A stretch of 10,724 bases of DNA, taken from Gemmataceae bacterium (GTDB taxonomy: Bacteria > Planctomycetota > Planctomycetia > Gemmatales > Gemmataceae). The stretch lies in contig DASZFN010000971.1 of assembly GCA_035939715.1 (NCBI GenBank), forward strand, positions 1 to 10,724, read 5' to 3'. Shown one piece after another: positions 7,328 through 10,724 of the stretch. The position numbers were made by a program, and so were the translations under genes. A model generated the notes under the pieces. That model ran no database searches. It saw only the letters and a program-made list of their open reading frames with translations, and had not been told where the DNA came from. Position 1 is the first letter of the stretch, and each line of letters opens with the position of its first letter.

Positions 7328-8782
7328 ATGGAGCAGACGTCATCCGCGGCCTACCCGAACATCCTGGCCGTGGATTACCTCAAGAAGGCCCGTGTGGCCT
7401 CTCCTCAGATCCTCATGACCGCGGAGAATTACCTGAACGTCGGCTACCAGAAGCTCCTCACGTTTGAACGGCCAGGCGGCGGCTTTGACTGGTGGGGCAG
7501 CGGCCCGCCCATCGTCTGGCTCAGCGCCTACGGCTTGCAAGAATTCAACGACATGGCCAAGGTCTATCCCATCGACCGCGGCGTCATCGACCGCACCCAG
7601 CAATGGCTCATGAAGCAGCGCGAAGCGGACGGCGCCTGGTCCAACATCGGCGCCACGCACAGCGAAACGATCGCCCAGATGGGCAATCCCAAGCTGCTGC
7701 TGACCAGCTACGTGGTCTGGTCCCTGGTTGATAGCGGCATGCGCATTCCCGAGCTGGAGAAATCGATTAACTATATCCGCAAGCACGTGGACGAGGCGGG
7801 CGACAATGCCTACATCCTCGCGCTGGCTGCCAACGCGCTGGCTGCGTGGGATGCCAAGGACGACAGCACCCTCGTGGTCCTGCAAAAACTGGACAAACTC
7901 AAGGCCGCGAAGCCCGAATGGAAAGCGCTCAGCTTCCCGACGCGAGGCCAATCGCTCAGCTATGCGCACGGCGACAGCCTCACGGTGGAGACCACCGCCC
8001 TGGCCGCCCTGGCCATGTTGAAAACGGACCAGTTCACGAACAGCGTCAACGAAGCGCTGACGTTCCTGGTGAAAAGCAAGCAGTCGAACGGCACCTGGGG
8101 AAGCACGTCGGCGACGATTCTATCGCTCAAGGCCCTGGTCGCCGGCATGAGCGGCACGAAACAGGAAGGCAAGGCCGAGTTTGTTATCAAGGTGAACGGC
8201 AAGGAGGCAGGCAAAGGCGAAGTCACCGAGCAAAACGCCGACGTCCTGCAGGCGTTCGACCTCAAGGAATTCACCCAGCCCGGCCACAACGAAGTCCAGA
8301 TCGATGTGAACGGCAAGACCAACCTTATGTACCAGATCGTCGGCCGGCACTTCGAGCCCTGGAAGCTGCAGCCCGGCATTGCCGGTCAGAAGCCGCCGCT
8401 TGAGGTGACCGTCGATTATGACCGCACCAGTCTCTCGACGGCGGACCTGTTGCGCGCCAAGGCAACCTTACGCTACCATGGCGATCGGCCGACCTACATG
8501 GTGATCGTCGATCTCGGCATCGCTCCCGGTTTCACGGTGGACGCCGGCGATTTCGCGGAAATGGTGAGCCAGAAAAAAATCCAGAAGTTCAGCGTCACGG
8601 CCCGCCAGGTGACCCTCTACCTCGGCGACATCAAGCCGGGCGATGTGAAGACGTTTGAGTACAGCCTGAAGCCGAAATACCCGATCAAGGCCAAGACACC
8701 GGCGACCGTGGCATATGAGTATTACACGCCGGCCAACCAGGCGACGGCTCAACCAGTCGAGTTGGTGGTTGGCGACAGATGA
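3704..8782 (+). CDS. Proposed single alpha-2-macroglobulin gene (1692 codons including one internal UGA): candidate selenoprotein, or else a nonsense-interrupted pseudogene
   Basis: 3704 and 7328 are both congruent to 2 mod 3, so a single TGA (7325-7327) separates the two ORFs. The joined length (1207+1+484) is close to known full-length bacterial A2Ms (E. coli YfhM, recalled as about 1650 aa). The domain order is complete only when the two are joined. Confidence 0.6.
6461..6670 (+). other. Gly/Met/Ala/Pro-rich low-complexity bait-like segment of the A2M
   Basis: GRWGGGPRFRGAALGGMGGGMGGMNAPGAAAPMPMAALRMEVMDRVAKNGGAAKPDTAGGAPPATR lies immediately N-terminal to FFPETMLW, the position of the bait region in characterised A2Ms. 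It contains the tandem DNA repeat ggaggcatgggc/ggaggcatgggt/ggcatg at 6509-6538. Confidence 0.55.
7325..7327 (+). other. In-frame UGA at the thioester-cysteine position of the G-C-x-E-Q motif (candidate Sec codon / nonsense codon)
   Basis: The translation reads PFG-[TGA]-MEQTSS. The family consensus is G-C-x-E-Q (human A2M GCGEQ, E. coli YfhM CLEQ). The Gln partner is retained. Confidence 0.5.
7328..8782 (+). CDS. Alpha-2-macroglobulin family protein, C-terminal segment (thioester domain from x-E-Q onward plus C-terminal beta domain); probably not an independent gene
   Basis: 484-aa ORF in the same frame as 3704..7327, starting MEQTSSAAYPNILAVDYL (continuation of the CxEQ motif). An alpha/alpha-toroid-like TED region follows (GGFDWWGS..., DGAWSN..., NGTWGSTSATILSLKAL), then a C-terminal beta-sandwich region. 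There is no SD within 5-12 nt of the ATG and no signal peptide. True stop is TGA at 8780-8782. Confidence 0.85.
   Translation: MEQTSSAAYPNILAVDYLKKARVASPQILMTAENYLNVGYQKLLTFERPGGGFDWWGSGPPIVWLSAYGLQEFNDMAKVYPIDRGVIDRTQQWLMKQREADGAWSNIGATHSETIAQMGNPKLLLTSYVVWSLVDSGMRIPELEKSINYIRKHVDEAGDNAYILALAANALAAWDAKDDSTLVVLQKLDKLKAAKPEWKALSFPTRGQSLSYAHGDSLTVETTALAALAMLKTDQFTNSVNEALTFLVKSKQSNGTWGSTSATILSLKALVAGMSGTKQEGKAEFVIKVNGKEAGKGEVTEQNADVLQAFDLKEFTQPGHNEVQIDVNGKTNLMYQIVGRHFEPWKLQPGIAGQKPPLEVTVDYDRTSLSTADLLRAKATLRYHGDRPTYMVIVDLGIAPGFTVDAGDFAEMVSQKKIQKFSVTARQVTLYLGDIKPGDVKTFEYSLKPKYPIKAKTPATVAYEYYTPANQATAQPVELVVGDR
7339..7378 (+). other. mRNA hairpin downstream of the UGA (candidate bacterial SECIS-like element)
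   Basis: 7342-7351 (AUCCGCGGCC) pairs with 7366-7375 (GGCCGUGGAU), giving 10 bp (9 Watson-Crick plus 1 G-U) and a 14-nt loop at 7352-7365. Two further pairs (7339-7340 with 7377-7378) follow a 1x1 mismatch. The structure starts 11 nt after the UGA. Confidence 0.4.
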
Positions 8783-8799
8783 AGTGTTGCAGCTAACAT

Positions 8800-9207
8800 T
8801 TAATACTCGAAGGTTCTGAGGGATCGCTGTTTGTCAAACTGGACGACAAAGGCATCGAAGAACCCGTCACGGCCTAACAACAGCGGGGCATCGCCTTCGG
8901 CGAAACAAATTGGAAGAAGAATTTCTTTGCGTGCCTCGGCAACAAAAACTGTAACCTCGTGTAGCCTCGCGAGGACGACGCATTCGTCTCGTTGGGAAAC
9001 GCCTCGGATTTCAGTGTGAATTCCTGCATTCCACGTGAGCCCCAGAAGTTCGCACAGTTTCCGAGGGCCGACACTGGTATCCGCGCCAGAGTCTACGACA
9101 AACAACCTACGGGTTCTTCTGCCCTTCGTTCTCTGAAACGACACATAAAGAACCGGGGTGAGAACACCGTTCTCTTCCAGCAATGCCCATGGTTTCGTGA
9201 ACTTCAT
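8800..9207 (-). CDS. Retropepsin-like (clan AA) single-domain aspartic protease
   Basis: 135 aa. It has the catalytic D-S-G-A signature in hydrophobic context (LFVVDSGADTSV) and the C-terminal LLLGRDGFFDAFVVQFD motif typical of prokaryotic retropepsin-like proteases. Its start codon overlaps the stop of the upstream gene (ATGA, 9204-9207). Confidence 0.8.
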   Translation of the reverse strand: MKFTKPWALLEENGVLTPVLYVSFQRTKGRRTRRLFVVDSGADTSVGPRKLCELLGLTWNAGIHTEIRGVSQRDECVVLARLHEVTVFVAEARKEILLPICFAEGDAPLLLGRDGFFDAFVVQFDKQRSLRTFEY

Positions 9208-9482
9208 CGGTAGACAATTCGTCCAGGTCTTTCTAAACGCGCCACCACAATTCTATCCTGATCAATGTCGCCCAGGTTTTTGTAGAGGTCCTCCATCGTA
9301 TCCCCGAAGGCAACAATCTGGCAGTCCTTTGCAGCGATCCACTTACCCCGATACTGGCGCAGAATGTCGGATGGCAGGTGGGTAAGCCAGTCAGCAGTGG
9401 AATCGGTCGCGCGGATGATCTCTTCTTCCTCCGGGGTCGGATGCCAATCCTTGATGATCGCCTTGGTAGTCTTTCTAATCAT
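9204..9482 (-). CDS. Small protein resembling DUF5678-type partners of retropepsin-like proteases
   Basis: I trimmed the 124-aa track ORF to the Met at 9480-9482 (MIRKTTKAIIKDW...), which has GGGAGG 6 nt upstream. The longer form would overlap the upstream DUF433 gene by 65 nt. The C-terminal half (YRGKWIAAKDCQIVAFGDTMEDLYKNLGDIDQDRIVVARL) matches the Y-x-GKW-[VI]-A...V-A-x-G-D pattern I recall for DUF5678. The family assignment is from memory, not from a search. Confidence 0.6.
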   Translation of the reverse strand: MIRKTTKAIIKDWHPTPEEEEIIRATDSTADWLTHLPSDILRQYRGKWIAAKDCQIVAFGDTMEDLYKNLGDIDQDRIVVARLERPGRIVYR

Positions 9483-9513
9483 GGGTTGCCTCCCGCGCCG
9501 CGAGTTTATCAAC

Positions 9514-9795
9514 CTATTCGTCATCCTCTTCATTCGCGCGAATTGCCTGTTCGATTTCCCGCGAGTTATGCCGAGCATACTCCCGCGCTGCTGCCAGGTC
9601 TGCCCGCGTTAGCGAGGGGTAGTTGTCAAGTATCTGTTGCTCCGTCAACCCCTTTCCCTTTAGGGAATTCAGCAACCATACCATGATTCGCGTGTTTCGG
9701 ATACACGCGTCGCCACCGCAGACTCCGGCTGTCTTCCGAATCAGCGGCTCTCCGGCCGCGTCTACCGCTACTGCTTTTGACTCTAAAGCGCTCAT
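9514..9795 (-). CDS. DUF433 domain protein
   Basis: 93 aa. GVCGGDACIRNTRIMVWLLNSLKGKGLTEQQILDNYPSLTRADLAAAREYARHN is a good match to the DUF433 pattern (GxCGGxPxIxxTRIxV...YPxLxxxDIxAAxxY). A GAGGA SD lies 7 nt upstream of the ATG. It has an acidic C-terminal tail (EEDDE). Confidence 0.85.
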   Translation of the reverse strand: MSALESKAVAVDAAGEPLIRKTAGVCGGDACIRNTRIMVWLLNSLKGKGLTEQQILDNYPSLTRADLAAAREYARHNSREIEQAIRANEEDDE

Positions 9796-9908
9796 GCGAC
9801 GTTCCTCTAATTGCCCTTCTCCAGCGCTAGGATATCAGAAAAGCAATAAGGACGCCAAGTTGCCTTGACGTCCCTTGAAATTCAGTAGTGGCTAAGTCCG
9901 TGTTGATT

Positions 9909-10226
9909 TTAGGCAGGGCTAATCCTCAGACTGCCTGCACTATGGAACACGGCAAACCGCCCGAAGCAACCAAGGTTCCGTAACGCCGTGGCGGCTGCTT
10001 TAATTCTGGCCGGAAAACGAGATTCATCACGCTCCCATTCTGCCTCAAACTTATCGCGGTTGTTTCCGTCGATAGTGACTCTGACATCTCCGGTATAACC
10101 GTCCCTTGGCGCCTTAAATGCAAGCTCGACCAACCGGCCAAGCCTAGCGTCTCGCATGCCTGACTTGATGGCCTTCTCACACGGCGCGACAAATCTAGAC
10201 TGCTTCACGTTAAAGCGAATCTTCAT
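9909..10226 (-). CDS. Hypothetical protein (105 aa), no recognisable family
   Basis: The ORF has an AGGAGA SD 8 nt upstream of the ATG at 10224-10226 and a balanced, non-shadow amino-acid composition. It lies 39 nt downstream of the EF-G-like stop on the same strand. I recognise no motif. Confidence 0.55.
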   Translation of the reverse strand: MKIRFNVKQSRFVAPCEKAIKSGMRDARLGRLVELAFKAPRDGYTGDVRVTIDGNNRDKFEAEWERDESRFPARIKAAATALRNLGCFGRFAVFHSAGSLRISPA

Positions 10227-10265
10227 GGCAAAGTCTCCTGGGCGAATTCGGACGGGATGTAGTAC

Positions 10266-10724
10266 TTAGCTCGCCGCCCGCAAATCCGCCAGCTCTTCCT
10301 TCACCGACGCGTAATGGCTCGGCTCCATGCTGAAGCTGGCCGTGCCGCTGGTGAAGTTGCGGAGTTCGCTCGTATAGCCGAACAGCTCGGCCAGCGGCAC
10401 GTAGGCGTGCAACTGGCAGCGGCCTTTTTCCAGGCTGGAGTCGAGGATCTCGCCGCGCCGCCGGCTGACGTCGCGCGTCAGGTCGCCGATGTACTGGCCG
10501 GGGGCGTGCACGACCACGTTCATGATCGGCTCCAGCAACACCAGACCGGCTCTGGCTTGGGCGTCGCGGAAGCACTCCATGGCCGCCAGCTTGAAGGCGT
10601 CCTGGGAGCTGTCCACTTCGTGCGACTTGCCGTCGAAGAGCGTCGCCTGGATATCCACGCACGGGAAGTTGTACTTGGCGCCCTTGGCAGTCGCCAGGCG
10701 GAAGCCCGCCTCGACCGCCGGGAT
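10266..10724 (-). CDS. Elongation factor G family GTPase, C-terminal part (domains IV-V); 5' end lies beyond the window
   Basis: The frame is open to the window edge (IPAVEAGFRLATAKGAKYNFPCVDIQATLFDGKSHEVDSSQDAFKLAA...LLEPIMNVVVHAPGQYIGDLTRDVSRRRGEI...). It aligns by eye to the EF-G domain IV/V motifs (YHEVDSS, LLEPIM, GD(V/L)xxRRG). The divergence from canonical FusA suggests an EF-G paralog. The M shown in the track at 10658 is an internal GTG (Val). Confidence 0.85.
   Translation of the reverse strand: MPAVEAGFRLATAKGAKYNFPCVDIQATLFDGKSHEVDSSQDAFKLAAMECFRDAQARAGLVLLEPIMNVVVHAPGQYIGDLTRDVSRRRGEILDSSLEKGRCQLHAYVPLAELFGYTSELRNFTSGTASFSMEPSHYASVKEELADLRAAS

Noticed and set aside
7328-8782. 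The second A2M ORF as a genuine independent gene translationally coupled through TGAATG.
   Set aside because: The ATG is simply the x residue of the C-x-E-Q motif. There is no SD in the 5-12 nt upstream and no signal peptide for a domain that must be exported. A thioester domain beginning at x-E-Q without its Cys is not a sensible stand-alone protein. I keep it as a listed ORF but interpret it as a continuation of 3704..7327.
8790-10250. The lower-GC islet as a mobile genetic element or integrated prophage remnant.
   Set aside because: No integrase, transposase, tRNA target, or flanking direct or inverted repeats are visible. Only a modest compositional shift supports foreign origin, so I did not call a mobile_element feature.
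10210-10662. 150-aa ORF overlapping the EF-G-like gene in another frame.
   Set aside because: Its Arg/Pro/Gly-rich composition marks it as a shadow ORF. The EF-G frame carries unmistakable family motifs and stays open to the window edge.

Overview
High-GC (about 60% on sampled lines) bacterial chromosomal window. The protein families suggest a Planctomycetota-like lineage, but that is a low-confidence inference. Left to right: a DUF1801/YdhG-like gene (+); a small DUF433 gene (-); a flotillin (SPFH) gene with an NfeD/YqiJ-like partner forming a yqiJK/floT-nfeD-type operon (-); a roughly 420-nt lower-GC divergent intergenic region; and a very large alpha-2-macroglobulin (A2M) family gene (+) that the ORF track splits in two (3704..7327 and 7328..8782). 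After it comes a lower-GC islet (about 8790-10250) with a co-directional DUF433 / DUF5678-like / retropepsin-like aspartic protease cassette and a 105-aa hypothetical gene (all -). The window ends in the 3' part of an EF-G family gene (-, truncated by the window edge). Main finding: the two A2M ORFs are in the same frame and separated only by one TGA. That TGA lies exactly where the thioester cysteine of the conserved G-C-x-E-Q warhead should be (reads ...HMPFG-[TGA]-MEQTSS...). A 10-bp GC-rich hairpin starts about 11-15 nt downstream. This is the classic Sec/Cys-pair signature, so the gene is a candidate selenocysteine-containing A2M with a selenoester warhead, which I believe is undescribed. 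The alternatives are a nonsense pseudogene or a sequencing error, and the window alone cannot exclude them. Secondary observations: an unusually long insert at the bait/anaphylatoxin position of the A2M carrying a GspG-pseudopilin-like motif; a Met/Gly-rich bait encoded by a slippage-prone 12-nt repeat; a His-rich loop in the NfeD-like protein; and the uncharacterised protease cassette. No rRNA, tRNA, CRISPR array, transposase or integrase was seen.
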